This document shows positions 13,584 through 26,749 of a stretch of 64,000 nt of DNA, in pieces. The stretch is from Octopus vulgaris (Eukaryota). The stretch is taken from positions 17,608,001 through 17,672,000 of the forward strand of contig OX597817.1 in the NCBI GenBank assembly GCA_951406725.2. Direction: 5' to 3'. The notes under the pieces are model-generated. The model was given only the letters and a program-made list of their open reading frames with translations, was not told where the DNA came from and ran no database searches. Each line of letters begins with the position of its first letter. The stretch's first letter is position 1. A program made the position numbers and the translations under genes.

Positions 13584-14020
13584 GACACGATCGCAGTTTG
13601 TGACGCGATTTATAAACAAGGACTGCTGCTAGACTCGGTAGACTTAGACTTGTCAGCTGATCACCCTCTCACTCTGATGTCACGTTTCCCGGAAATGAGA
13701 TCAGTGGCGAAACCAAGAATTTCACTTTATATTTTCGTAAACTATACATGCTTGCACGCTTGTTTAGTTTTTATAATTATAATTTTTTGCGATATAAAGT
13801 TTTTGGTGAATTTCTAGTGGAAAATAGTTCGCAGATATTAAAATATTAACTTCTAAGATAATTTGTAGGTCATGAAAGTGACTTTTGCGTTGCAAAGAAA
13901 GAATAAATAAGATTATTTTCGTACTATTATGTGTGTTAGCTCAGTTAAAGAATTAGTGAAGGTCACGTTAGGAAGCAGACGAAAGTATCTGGTGGACCCA
14001 AAGAAAAAGGGAAAAAGAAG
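13500..14020. promoter_or_regulatory. Candidate bidirectional promoter with a non-coding first exon (about 13943-14020, +) of the HIGD1-like gene
   Basis: TE-free, CpG-retaining island; palindromic TTTATAAA 13609-13616; TGATGTCA 13675-13682; CACGT 13681-13685; TTCCCGGAA 13686-13694; Inr-like TCAGT 13701 and TCAGTT 13941; donor AAG|GTTGGT at 14020/14021. Link to HIGD1 is inferred because its ATG exon begins at an acceptor. Confidence 0.45.
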
Positions 14021-14994
14021 GTTGGTTTTTGTTTTATTCGTATGATTTTTAGGTGTTAATAATATAATTATTTAGCCTTCTTTTCTGGGCAATTTTTTAA
14101 GGAATATATATCTATTGTCGAAATTTCGAGGAGCCGGTAAATATTTGGTTGGTTAATGTCAAGTGCGGAAGCCGGATCCACTTCTTAAGAAACCTGATGC
14201 AAATCCTCAAGGAAACCATTTCAAACAATTTAAAATTGACCAATAACGATTTCTTTTTAAAAACTTAAATTTTTTTTTTTTTTTTTTTTAGTGTGTAAAT
14301 TTCATGTGATTGTTAAAATCTCTGTCCCTCATAATATTCCTAGCGCTATAATTTGCTTGTAACAAATTATAGTGCTTAGTATAGGTAACATAAATACAGG
14401 ACCAATTTATGTTAGGGCTTATGATGGTCAGATGGATTGACAATCTTGTTAGTGGCAAGGGCGAGAGGAGAAATTTGGCAAGCTGGAACAAGGTTGCGTT
14501 CTGTGTTAGATGTGTAGCGTACGTTTGAGGAAGTTTGCTCAGTTAGAATAACGGTTGTTTTTTTCAAGAGCCTGGTAGATGGTCTCTGGCCTCATTTTAG
14601 CTCTCCGGGCCGCAGACCGTTATACTAGCTGACCCCTCCCTTATAGACCCAAGTCACAGGTACTTTAGAAGAACAAGGGGTAAACTTGGGAAGACGGATG
14701 TACGAAATTTAAAGCAACGATGTTAAATCTAAATGCAGTTGGAATCAACACTTTTTTTTTTATTCATTCATAATAATAACGAAAATAATTAGTGATTGCA
14801 GGACCCAAAAAAATTAATTAAATTAAAAGTTTAATGTAAATGTAATTTTTTTCGTTTAAATCTGTTTTCCTTTTGTAGTTTGTTGTTATGAATTAGGTTA
14901 CGTAACGAGAAGTTACGCAAATTTGTGTTTCTATGCAGTTTAAAAGTACACTTCACCTATCTTTCACTTACATAAAAACGGGACAACCATTCCG

Positions 14995-15085
<91 letters not shown>

Positions 15086-15913
15086 TTAGCCGACTTTTTT
15101 TTTCAGCGAAGTCGGAGTGGGGGTCATATTGACCGCTTCTACCTTTCGTTCTGGGCATTGTGTCTTGTTTACCTTTCATTAAGAACCGGTTTCGTGTTTC
15201 TACTTGAAAACTTACGATACCATGATATTTTTGAAAGTCCTTCACAATACAGCTTCTTTATTTTTTCTTGTTTTTTTTTTTTGTCTAAGAATTTACAATT
15301 TTGGTATTTATCTTTTTCTCGCTTATAGTCATCTTTACTCGGTGTGACTGTATCTAGAATCAACTCATGAGAATAAAATGAACCTGAATTTTAGTTTATT
15401 ATCAGGCACCTAATTTTGGAGTTGAATCACATACTAAATTTGTTTTATATTACTTTTGTGATAAGTTTCCATTGTCGAGATATAACGCATGCTTTGATTA
15501 AACTGAAATTTTATTAGAAAGAAACAAACGGTTATGCACTTTTATTCAATTCGTACATTGAAGTTGCTAGGTCAGTTTGAAATCCTCCTTTAAGTGTCAT
15601 TAAATTATATCTGAAGGTTGATGGCGATTTTACAAATTTTAATATTTCCAGAGGCTTATTTTCTCTCTCTTTTTTTAAAAATATATATATATATATATAT
15701 ATATATACGCCATGTGGAAGTGGTCAATATACCCCCCCCCCCACTCCGCTGAAAAAAAAATCGAGGAAAAAATCGGCTAAATAAAAATATTGCAGGAAAG
15801 ATATATATAAATATAAGAGAGTGACCACTATATGGTCGCCACTTGGTGTTAAATTGATGGTATTATTAAATTAATATCTAATTTTTCACCCTTATTTGTA
15901 ATATATATATATA

Positions 15914-15964
15914 TAAACACTGTGAAGGCAATAAAGTTTTATAGTTATCCTTTTAATGCTCTGC
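15914..15964 (+). mobile_element. 51-bp copy of the CRE element 3' end, opposite orientation
   Basis: Reverse complement of 16250-16300 with one mismatch; embedded in TA repeats. Confidence 0.85.
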
Positions 15965-16075
15965 TATGTGTATGTATGTATACATTTATATATGTATATT
16001 GTTATATTTCGGAATGGTCATATTGCCAGTTTAACCAATAAAAATCTTGCACAACAAATATTTAAACGTACTATA

Positions 16076-16121
<46 letters not shown>

Positions 16122-16179
16122 ATATAATATATAATAATAATAATATTAGGGAGTATAACTCCAAACTCTGCTCTCTCTT

Positions 16180-16245
<66 letters not shown>

Positions 16246-16249
16246 TATA

Positions 16250-18685
16250 GCAGAGCATTAAAAGGGTAACTATAAAACTTTATTGCCTTCACAGTGTTTA
16301 CCGTTTTACAAAATTAAATTAGAAAATTGGGCAAAACAAGGAATATAATTAAAAAATTAAAAAGGGGAAAGAAAAAAAAAGAGAGGAAGAAAATAGAGAA
16401 GAAAGGGGAAAAAATCAAAACTATTCACTACCTTGGGTTGAAAAGTGGGGGGGGGCGCTGAGAAACTTCTTTAATGACTATTGAGGCATGCTTGCATCGT
16501 TGCTGCAGGTGATGGCGAGGCTGATGCGCTAGAGCAGCCAAGCACCCTCACAAGCCTCACCAGATTATCTCTGCAAGGGGAGTTGCCAGTGAAGATAGGA
16601 ATCTTGCAGCTAGTGGTCTGACCCCACCAAACCTCTTGAATGCCACAGGATGGAAAATGTAGTTGGCCGACAGATCGCGGTATTTCAGAATTTTGTTCTG
16701 CTCTGTCACAGAAGCTGTGGATCTTGCCCTGACCGCAGCATCCAGGATGTGAAAAGAAGCAAAAAAGTCGCTAATTGTGACATCCTAAATAAGGCATCTG
16801 CCTCACAACCAGGGGCACAGATTGAGGCTGTCAGGTCTCTTCCCATCATATCTGGACAATCTCGATGGTTCCAAGATGGAGGGGATGTTTGCCTGGGCCA
16901 AGCTCCTCTTGGTCACATGAAGTGACCAGTATTCAGGCAGAAAGAAAGGCCATGGAGACCTATGGAGTCAAGGAGCCTGTCACAACGACAGATCAATCCC
17001 ATGCATACGTCAGCTCCCACTCTGAGAGCAGTGGAGACATGAAGTTCGTCCAAGCTGTATAGGACACCAACATTAGCCACGGAGATGGCATCAATCCAGT
17101 CACCTGAGTATTTGGCACTAGCAAACAGTAAGCGGCACCTTGAAAATTGGTCCAACTGGATGAAGAGGTGGCCTTCAAAAATATGCTGTCCCAAGCTCTC
17201 TAACTCCGACAGTCCTCCACCTTCTCAGGAACAGACAAGCTCAATACCCTCCAGTGTTGGAGAGCTTCATCCAACTCCCTGTTGGAACTGGTCCATGTTG
17301 GAGAAGAGAGGATGTTGCTCACCAGGGTGGAGGAAAGGAAACAGAGGAGAGAGAGGGACAAACATTTACGAAGACCAAGACATCCAAATCACTTGGGCAA
17401 TGCAGCCTGATTGCAGGATGTTGGAGAGAGCCTGACATTGACCAAGCATTCGAGTCTCTCAAAGATTAGGTTGTCAAAGCATTGGAGGTACAATGGGAAC
17501 CGGTAATATGAGTTGACTCTGAGCAAACATAGAAGCTTAGGGATCTAGAGGTAATTCCTAAGTATGGAAAAACCTTGATGGGTTCAGTAGCTTCAATATT
17601 TTTCAGCAATTGCTCAAGGACAGCCACCTTCGACTGGAAGATGCAACTAAAGGTATGGTCAGTGATTGGGGCTCCTAAGGAGCTCCAAGCCGATGGGGAA
17701 GGGACTGCAATGGAAGGGAAGGACTCTGCAAAAGATCAATAGTTGGATGATGTTGAGAAGCCAGGTGGTTGAGGATCCAGAGCTCACATTTGAAGCTGTT
17801 TACTTAGAAACCCTGGCAACCAAGCTCCCTAACCATCATGTTTGCAATGGTGACAACCCTGTCCGGAAGTATTCCCAAATAAGCATTGTCGAGATACCAG
17901 ACGTTGAGGTCTAGCTTGACCCCCATCTTGGTGAGGTCATCAATGCCCAGTGCGAGCAGAGTGAGCCCAAGTGGGTTGCCCTGTTGGACTCCTGAGGCAG
18001 AGTGCTGATTTGGTCACCAAAAGAGAGATAGCAGGCCTCCTGATAAGCCTGACATGCAGGGTCATAGAGTTGTGACACCTCTCTTACTGAGCTGAGGACA
18101 GCATCATGGCTGATGGATTTGAAGGTATTCTTAAGGTCAAGTTTGAGGATGACCTTGGGTGACAAGGGGGGCAAATTGGCATAAGCTCTGGTAGTGTGAG
18201 CAGCAGCTTTACATCCCAATTTGGTGCCCACTTCTAGCTGGGTGGGGGAAAATTTCTCCTCCAATAAACTAGAGACCAATTGTAAGCACATCTTTGCAGT
18301 GAGATAGCAAAGGGTGCAGCCAACCGCAATGGGGCACAGGTCTCCATTGGGTTTAGTGAACCCAAATAATTTTGCACCGAAGAATAGTGGATAGATGGAG
18401 GGTAGGACGTTCACAGGAGAGAACTGGTTCACAAGCTGCATCAAATTTTCCAAGAGCTCAAGTCCGATGTCACCCACTGATAAAGAGATACCACCATCAA
18501 TTCCCACACCTGAACTAGCAGGGAAGGATGAAATTGCCTTTCTCATTTTATCAGAAATGAAGGCTGGTCTCAGTTATTCTGGGGGACGGGGCCAGTTTAG
18601 TTGATTATCTGGGGGTACTGGTGAGTGCTTCTCTTTCAGACGTCTAAGAGACTCAGAGTTACACGGAGGAAGAGAAGTCCCCACT
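16250..18685 (-). mobile_element. CRE-clade non-LTR retrotransposon, 5'-truncated and decayed (RT + restriction-like endonuclease)
   Basis: LKEKH(S)P, CPIAVGCTL, QLEVGTKLGCKAAAH, ILKLDLKNTF, GVQQGNPLGL, RLE motif DGKRPDSLNLCPW..GRCLI*DVT; 3' UTR with AATAAA ending at (TA)n. Confidence 0.85.
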
Positions 18686-20561
18686 CCTATAACTCTAAAT
18701 TTTTCCGACAATTTTTTTTCAGATTTCTTATGAATTTTTCCATTTCTTTTTCTTTCTTTCAAAATACGCACCTGGCCGAAACATTTCCATTTTACACTTT
18801 TGATTTTTTTATCTGAATTATGGAGGTTGGGGGGGGTGGGGGGGTTTACAAAATTAGTAACCGTGTTAAAATGAGTACTTTCTGATAACTCATTATTTTC
18901 TCCTTACTTGTTTGAAATAATTACATAGCATGTGTTGCATCATCTCTACGAATCAAAATTGGTCAGCATAGTTATTGTTGAAGCTGAGAGAGTTTTTAAC
19001 ATAGTCAAGTGACAGGTACTTTTTTTTTTGCAAGAAAATTTTCCCCAACTTTGGCCTGATTCTAATTGAGGTTTCTAATAAAATATCTGAATATTTTTTG
19101 GTGTTTAACAATAAATATTCTTTTCTCTGTTAGATTCCAAGTCAATTTCTTTCCACACTAATGTCTAATTTGATCATTTTCAATTTTCAAAAAAATAACG
19201 CCTAAAATGGGGTAAAATAAGTAATGACTAATTTCAATAATTTCTTCTCTTTAACTGCATGGTGCATAAATATATCAAGAAAGAACCATTCCAACAGATC
19301 ATGAAGAAGCTATAGAGAATAATTTATGCCAAGTTTCTGATTTAGTTGCATTTTCTTAATTTCATATCATGTACCATTTTTCCATGATCCTCTTTCATTT
19401 GACCTAAATATTTAAGATTTTTGTTGCATTTCTGATCTTTCTGATGTCTAAGGATGGATATTGATGTGTATGAGTCTGTTTTCAAATGTAATTCTGGAGA
19501 ATTGAAAAGGCAAATTTGCCTCATCTTGGCTTACTCATTTTGCTCCAGCTAAATTTGTCTTTTGTCCACTCAAAGAGAACAAAGATAGTTTTCTGAAATA
19601 GCATTCTGAATATGCTATAGTTTTTTTTTTAGCACTTTTGTTTAGTTTTTGTAAGGTAGTGAACACTTGTAAAAAATATTTTTTTCTCAAAGTCAAAAAA
19701 CCAGGCAAAAATCCTCATTGTGTCTCTGTCCCTGTTTTGAAAAAGTTGCAAAGTCAATAATTTAATTTGTATTTCACTCATTCAAATTACTTTCATCATA
19801 GAAAGTGAAGAATACTCATATCCCTAAAATTCGAAACCATTCCCATAATATTCTGGATCTTGCCATTGGTATATGCAGTAATAATGTTAAAGCTTTCTGG
19901 TTACTCTTAAAGAAATGTAAGTATAAATCAGGACCAACCAGCAATGGAAAGTGGTCACAAGTGGACAAAGCATTGTAAAGTTCCATAAATCCAGTGTCCA
20001 CCAAACTGGCAAACTTGATTGGCCAACATTTTTTTGTTGCACTCAAAAATTTCTTTTCCCAAAGTGCTGTCATTGACCACCAGTGTCACTCTATCGTTAT
20101 TTCTATTAAAGTTGAAAAACCGTGTGTCTATGTATTTTGTATGTCTTTTTCTACATCTTTTAGCAAAAGGCATAGTTGTGGCTGTGTGGTAAGAAGTTGG
20201 CCTCCCAACTACATGGTCTTGGGTTCAGTCCCACTGCATTGCATCTTGGAAAAGTGTCTTTTCCTATAGCCCTCAGCTAACCAAAACATTGTGAGTGGAT
20301 ACATTATAAAACAAAGTGAAATGAAAGCTAGATAGTTGTGGCATTCTAGCAGTTCTCAGACAGGTAACTGCCAGTAGATATAGCAAGGAACTTGTTTAAA
20401 GAGTCACTTGAGGAGGTGCACTCTCCACCTGTGATGCAACACAACTGACTACTCAACATCTCACCTGTGAGTTATAGATGTGAGAATGAGTCAAAACAGT
20501 TGTAGTGATTTTGAATTAAGAATCTCATGAATTCTCTTTTCTGTCTCTGATTTATTTATAT

Positions 20562-20905
20562 ATCATCATCATCATCTTCGTTTAACATCCGCTTTCCATG
20601 CTAGCATGAGTTGGACGGTTCAACTGGGGTCTGGGAAGCCAGAAGACTGCACCAGGCCCAGTCTGATCTGGCAATGTTTCTACGGCTGGATGCCCTTCCT
20701 AACGCCAACCACTCCGTGAGTGTAGTGGGTGCTTTTTACGTGCCACCAACACAGGTGCCAGACAAGGCTGGCAAACGGCCACAATTGGATGGTGCTTTTT
20801 ACATGCCACCAGCACGAGGCCAGTCGGGGCGGCGCTGGCAACGGCCACGTTCGGATGGTTCTCTTACGTACCACCGGCACTGGTATCACAGCTGCAATTT
20901 CCATT
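20562..20905 (-). mobile_element. RTE 3'-UTR/tail element (GAT-tailed family B)
   Basis: (CAT)n + TTTAACxTCCGCTTTCCATGCTAGCATG...GGATGCCCTTCCTAACGCCAACCAC; same tail as the RT-bearing copy at 505-1460. Other copies near 25967-26203, 28471-28790, 47420-47610, 48636-49060, 51686-51955(+), 53690-53941, 55180-55420. Confidence 0.85.
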
Positions 20906-21173
20906 GATGTATATGTGTATATATATATATATTCTCACCTGTGTTAGCATGGAAGACAGATGTTAAATGATGATGATGTTGATGATACACACACACACTT
21001 GCTGAGTACTCTGTGGTGGGCCATTGCAGAGATTTAAGCCACAACTAAAAAAATTTTGTAATTTAGATTTTTAATCCCCTACCCCATGTGTGTATAAGAA
21101 GACATTTACTAACAGAAAGTATGCTATTAGAACAAACTATCTTTTACTTATCTTTTTTTAAACCACTCTGTTG

Positions 21174-21216
<43 letters not shown>

Positions 21217-21217
21217 A

Positions 21218-21420
21218 AGTTAATCCAAACAAGAAAGCACAAAAAAACACAACGCGAGGATGTGGAACAAATATAGTATTATTGGACGCTCAGTAAAGAA
21301 GGAGGGTATAACGTTTCGAGCGGAGCTCTTCGTCGGAAACATAGGAGAAGGAAAGATCCAGAGAAGGGAAGACAGAGGAAAAAAAATTGACAACAGTACA
21401 CACAAGGTCACATTTTGAAA
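21218..21420 (-). mobile_element. Penelope-like terminal repeat fragment with minimal hammerhead-like motif
   Basis: Abuts (TA)n; reverse complement of 33445-33647; minus strand reads GTTT CCGACGA A GAGC TCC GCTC GAAA CGT T. Confidence 0.7.
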
Positions 21421-21589
21421 GCTGGCCTGAACCTCAGGCTAAAACCAGTAAAAGCTAATATATATATATATATATATATATTAGCTTTTACTGGTTTTAG
21501 CCAGTGGTTCAGGCCATGCTGAAGCACCTGTGAGTGTTACTGGTTTTCTTTCCTGTATTGGTTCTTGTGAAGTAGCAAGTTGGACAGAA

Positions 21590-24150
21590 CTGCTCTTCTT
21601 TGTGCCTCTTGCCATGATGGGGGTTCATCTGGTGTCTCAGATAAAAATTTGTCCAGATGCTCTCTGAAGGCCTCTACATTTACACCTCACAAATGTCTGA
21701 GATTGCTTGGCAGAAACTAAGCTGTTACGGTACTGGGTCCTTATTCTAGATGGAGAAGACAGATCTTTGGTACTATGTAGCACTGTGCAGTTCAGTGGTT
21801 GGTATAGCTTTCAGTTCTGAAGTTATGAGCTAGACCTTCCTGGATCTTCCATATGTATATCAATACATATCTTTCATACTTTTTCTCTAGGGAGTAGTCC
21901 CTTTCTTCTAGTAACTCATTTGTTTCACTGAGTCTATCTTTTCTATGTGTAGTGGTACCAGATTGCCTCAAGTTCCCCTACCTGTTTGATGCTCTGCTGT
22001 GATTGTAGTTAGGATCCAAAGAACTGAGAATGAAATTTTTTGGTGTCTGTTTTCTTTGTTCTGAATAATCTCAAGAATCCATCCAGCTACTTACCTGCAC
22101 AGTGTTGCCATTTTGGTAATATGTACATAGAATGTTGCATTATTACTTATGTGAATTCCCATTCACACACTGACTCTGGGATTGCACTACCCACTGGTCC
22201 TGTGTATTTTGATTGTAGTCTATTTGTGGGCTGATAGTGGGGTGCTTGAAACTTGTCAGCATTGAACTACATCTCATTTTCATCAGCCTACTTGTATATT
22301 GCATTCAAGCCATTTTGTAGTTTTAATATATTATCAGGCCTCTGGACCACCTGTGATACTTTTGTATGGCTGAGGACATTTCTAAGAGAGCCACCACAAA
22401 AAGTAGAGGTTCCAGCACAGTTATTTGTGTAACTCTACTGAGAACTGATGTCTCCCAAGAGAGAGATAGAGAGAGCGAACCATTGGTTGCAAGTGTCTGG
22501 CTTTTGCCCTTTAAAAAGTCATCCAGTCACTCTCCTAGTTCTCTAGTGATACCAAGATCATGCAGTTTGTGACATATCATCTCCTGATCAGCTTTGTCAA
22601 AAGCCTTGGTCTAGATATATCACATCCAGATTTGAGTGGTTGAGCTACTGTTTTCATACTCAGTCATAAAACTGTAGTAGCTGTATGAGGCAGCTCCTCC
22701 TTGGTGGAGTCACATGACTTGTTTCTCTTGTCTGTATGGAATACAGCATGCATTGGTGTGTGTATATCTGCAGACAGGTGTGTCACCATAAGTGCATATT
22801 GCTTGATTTTATGCAGAAAGATCCTTCAGGTACGCAATTTTGTTTTTGCTGTTGTTTTGTAGGAGACCTCTGATATTTATCAGAAGAATTATTTTGATGA
22901 TCAGCTTTGCAGCAATGATGAACATCTTAGGTCTATTGTGGTAGTCATGTGTGTGGGTGTGCATGGCTTAGTTTTGTTTGCTATCATGCTAGCTTACTCT
23001 TTTACTCTTTTACTTGTTTCAGTCATTTGGCTGCGGCCATGCTGGAGCACCGCCTTTAGTCGAGCAAATCGACCCCGGGACTTATTCTTTTGTAAGCCCA
23101 GTACTTATTCTATCGGTCTCTTTTGCCGAACCGCTAAGTAACGGGGACGTAAACACACCAGCATCGGTTGTCAAGCAATGCTAGGGGGACAAACACAGAC
23201 ACACAAACACATATATATATATACATATATACGATGGGCTTCTTTCAGTTTCCGTCTACCAAATCCACTCACAAGGCTTTGGTCGGCCCGAGGCTATAGT
23301 AGAAGACACTTGCCCAAGGTGCCACGCAGTGGGACTGAACCCGGAACCATGTGGTTGGTAAGCAAGCTACTTACCACACAGCCATCCTTTTTTCCATACT
23401 TGAAAAATTCTGCTATTCTATGGTTGCGGCTTGCACTGCATCTGCTTATAACTTTTTAGTGGTCTTCTTCACTGCTGGTCTGTATTGGGATACAAGTCTC
23501 TTTGGTCATGGTTTTATCCTGTCTTGTTGATTTAGTGGAGAGTGCTTTTTGCCATGGGTTCCATTCTGCTTGAGATTTGGATGTGCAAAGTGGCAGTTTG
23601 TCCCCAAGCCCCCCATGCCAGCAGAGAACCTTTTAGATAGAATTTACTAATGACACATACTTCATGCACCACTTTTTTCTTTTGCTGTTTCTTTCTGTGG
23701 TTTTCTTTTCAACTCTGAGCTCTGTTTCATCAGGCTTTTGGTTGGTTTCTTTACCGTTTCTGCTGTTTTGAGAAGTGGTTTTTCTTAGGAGCCTTCATTT
23801 TCTTTCTTTTTTCAATTTCTTCATCCCGGCAAACATGAATAATCTTGTTGATGGTTGCCTTGCTGTTGCCTTCCTTATTGAGCTTTCCACATAGGGCTTC
23901 AGCATTGGTACTGTTCTCTGTGTTTAAAATGACATCCAGTTTGTCCAAGTGAGGCCTGATGAGTGCACAGGAGCAGATAGATCCACATTGTATATCATTC
24001 TATGTGCACTATAAATCTGGTAAATGCATTGCTTTTCAAGGGTACCACAATAAGGTTGTTGGATGAATCATTTTTGGCTATCACCCAAGCTCTGAGAAGC
24101 ACTTCTATTTCAGTAGTCTTCCAGTTTCTCAAAATCTTCACTGCACTATT
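21590..24150 (-). mobile_element. Old CR1/L2-group LINE relic, interrupted by a SINE
   Basis: Minus strand near 22590-22640 reads NLDVIYLD..KAFDK; near 21835-21870 LIYIWKIQEG; heavily decayed, boundaries uncertain. Confidence 0.5.
22995..23383 (-). mobile_element. SINE family A
   Basis: Near-identical reverse complement of 1787-2194. Confidence 0.9.
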
Positions 24151-24202
24151 TGTCTCCTTCTTTGTGGTGTGTGGTTATATATGTGATTTGTTCACCTATA
24201 TA

Positions 24203-24600
24203 GGCGCAGGAGTGGCTGTGTGGTAAGTAGCTTACTAACCAACCACATGGTTCCGGTTCAGTTCCACTGCATGGCATCTTGGGCAAGTGTCTTCTGCTAT
24301 AGCCCCGGGCCGACCAATGCCTTGTGAGTGGATTTGGTAGACGGAAACTGAAAGAAGCCTGTCGGATATATGTATATATATATGTATGCGTGTGTGTCTG
24401 TGTTTGTCCCCCTAGCATTGCTTGACAATCGATGCTGGTGTGTTTACGTCCCCGTCACTTAGCGGTTCAGCAAAAGAGACCGATAAAATAAGTACTGGGC
24501 TTCCAAAGAATAAGTCCTGGGGTTGATTTGCTCGATTAAAAGGCGGTGCTCCAGCATGGCCGCAGTCAAAATGACTGAAACAAGTAATAGAGTAAAAGAG
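24203..24600 (+). mobile_element. SINE family A
   Basis: Full head, core and tail. Confidence 0.9.
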
Positions 24601-24762
24601 GGTGCAGAGAGAGAGAGTGTGCAAAGGAATGATGGGGATATGAGAGGAGAGGTGAGTAAGTTGAGAGAGAGAGGGAAGCAAGTAAAAGGGATGGAGAGAG
24701 CTAGTTGAGGAGAGAGTTCACAGGTGCAGAGAGAGATTTATATATTACATATTATATATATA

Positions 24763-24853
24763 GACACACACACACACGCACGCACGCACGCACACACACG
24801 CACGCACACACACACACACACACACACATACACACATACACACATACATACAG

Positions 24854-24918
<65 letters not shown>

Positions 24919-24980
24919 TACATACATACATACATACATACATACATACATGCATATGTACATACATACATACATACATA
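24763..24980. repeat. Compound (CA)n/(CATA)n microsatellite
   Basis: Direct reading; source of spurious ORFs. Confidence 0.95.
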
Positions 24981-25963
24981 TTACAAGCTTTTCTCAGTTT
25001 CTGCCTATCACTTGATACTTTGATCAGCCCAGGACTATAGTATAGCCCCAGGCTAGCCAATACCATGTGAATGAATTTAGTAGACAGAAACTGTGCAGAA
25101 GCTTGCTGTATATGTGTGTGTAGTGCATGTTTGTGTTTGTCTTTCACTACTTGACACCTATGTTAGTTTGTTTATGTCCCTACAATTCAGCATATCAGCA
25201 AAAAGAGACCAGTAAAATATATAGTAGTCTTAAAAAAAGTACTGGGCTCGATTTGATCAAGTAAATCCTTCAAGGTGGTGCTCCAGCGTGGCTGTAGTTC
25301 AATGACTGAAACAAGTAAAAGAATGATAAAAACAACAGCATTTTAATGAAATTGTTCCTTCTGATGCATATGTTTTTAAGTTGTTAGTCAATGTTGTTTG
25401 ACCCCAGGTCAGCCCATATCCAGCTGACCAAATGATGACAATGAGCAAAGACATTCCAGCCGTGACCATATCTTTTTTTAGGGTTTCTCGGACTATAGTA
25501 TTTAATGTCTTTCACTTTCTTCAGACCGTAACTGTGATTTGAGAGAGATTTGGTTGCTATTTCTGCCAAATCAAATGACTACATAGAGGCTCCATTGTTG
25601 GCTCATACTAAGCTTTCAATGTTAAACAAAGAAGCCTTTTCTTTTTGTTTTATAATTTGCTTTTTTTATTGTTGATTAATTTGATAAGGTAGACTGCTTA
25701 TTGAAGGCAGACTGGTATGTGAGGAGATGCATACATTCCTATTCCACCCAAACCTCACTTGGAAAGTCATTTCCTTGATAAGCCAACATATTCTTTGCTA
25801 ACACCATTACCTGGCATAACCATGAACCTCTTTCCCAGAGTTTGGCAATTATATGTTTTGATTTTAACTTCTTGAAAGCTTGTCAAGAATCTGGGTTATT
25901 TTGGGGCAAGTTACTACATAAAGTTACATTTGTTTATACTACTTTCATTATTAATTGCAAAGG

Positions 25964-26003
<40 letters not shown>

Positions 26004-26749
26004 TTAGCGTCCGCTTTCCATGCTAGCATGGGTTGGACGGTTCAACTGGGGTCTGTGAAGCCAGAAGGCTGCATCAGGCCCAGTCTGATCTGGCAGTGTT
26101 TCTACGGCTGGATGCCCTTCCTAACGCCAACCACTCTGTGAGTGTAGTGGGTGCTTTTTACGTGCCACCCGCACAGGTGCCAGACGGAGCTGGCAAACGG
26201 CCGGAAATAATTAATTTAATAAATTAAAACTAAACAGGATGAATATTTTCAGTTAAATTACAAGATAAACTTTCAAAAATAATTCAAACAGTTGATCCTT
26301 AAAACAACTATAAAATACCCTCCTCTGATAGTCTTTGCAATTGTAGAAATTTGTAGAAACAGTCAACCTATGTTAGATGGGTAAGTTGCATTTAAAGTGA
26401 TTGAGGTAAGAATAACATTAGTTATAACTATAGTACTATTGTTGTTTAATCCCAGATCAACTCTTATTAATTAGACCTATGATCAATGGCATTCCAGCCA
26501 TGGCTAACATGTTTGGGGTGGTTTCCAACCATGAGTGCAGGTATAGCTGTGTAGTTAAAAAGCTCACTTTCAAACCGCATAGTTTTGGGTTCTGTCCCAC
26601 TGAGCAGCACCTTAAGCAAATGTTTTCTACTATAGCCTAAGCCGTGTGAGTGAATTTGATAGATGGAAACTGTGTGGAAGCCCATTGTGTGTGTGTGTAT
26701 CTGTTTGTGTTCCCCACCCACCGCTTAACAATCAGTGCTGGTTTATGTT

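Noticed and set aside
13524-13817. 97-aa ORF in the promoter-like island
   Set aside because: Non-ATG start, no recognisable domain, overlaps regulatory motifs.
13929-14020. Upstream coding exon for HIGD1
   Set aside because: 92 nt gives phase 2; splicing to 52843 creates AGA TGA, so it would be a uORF at most and lies upstream of the TCAGTT initiator.
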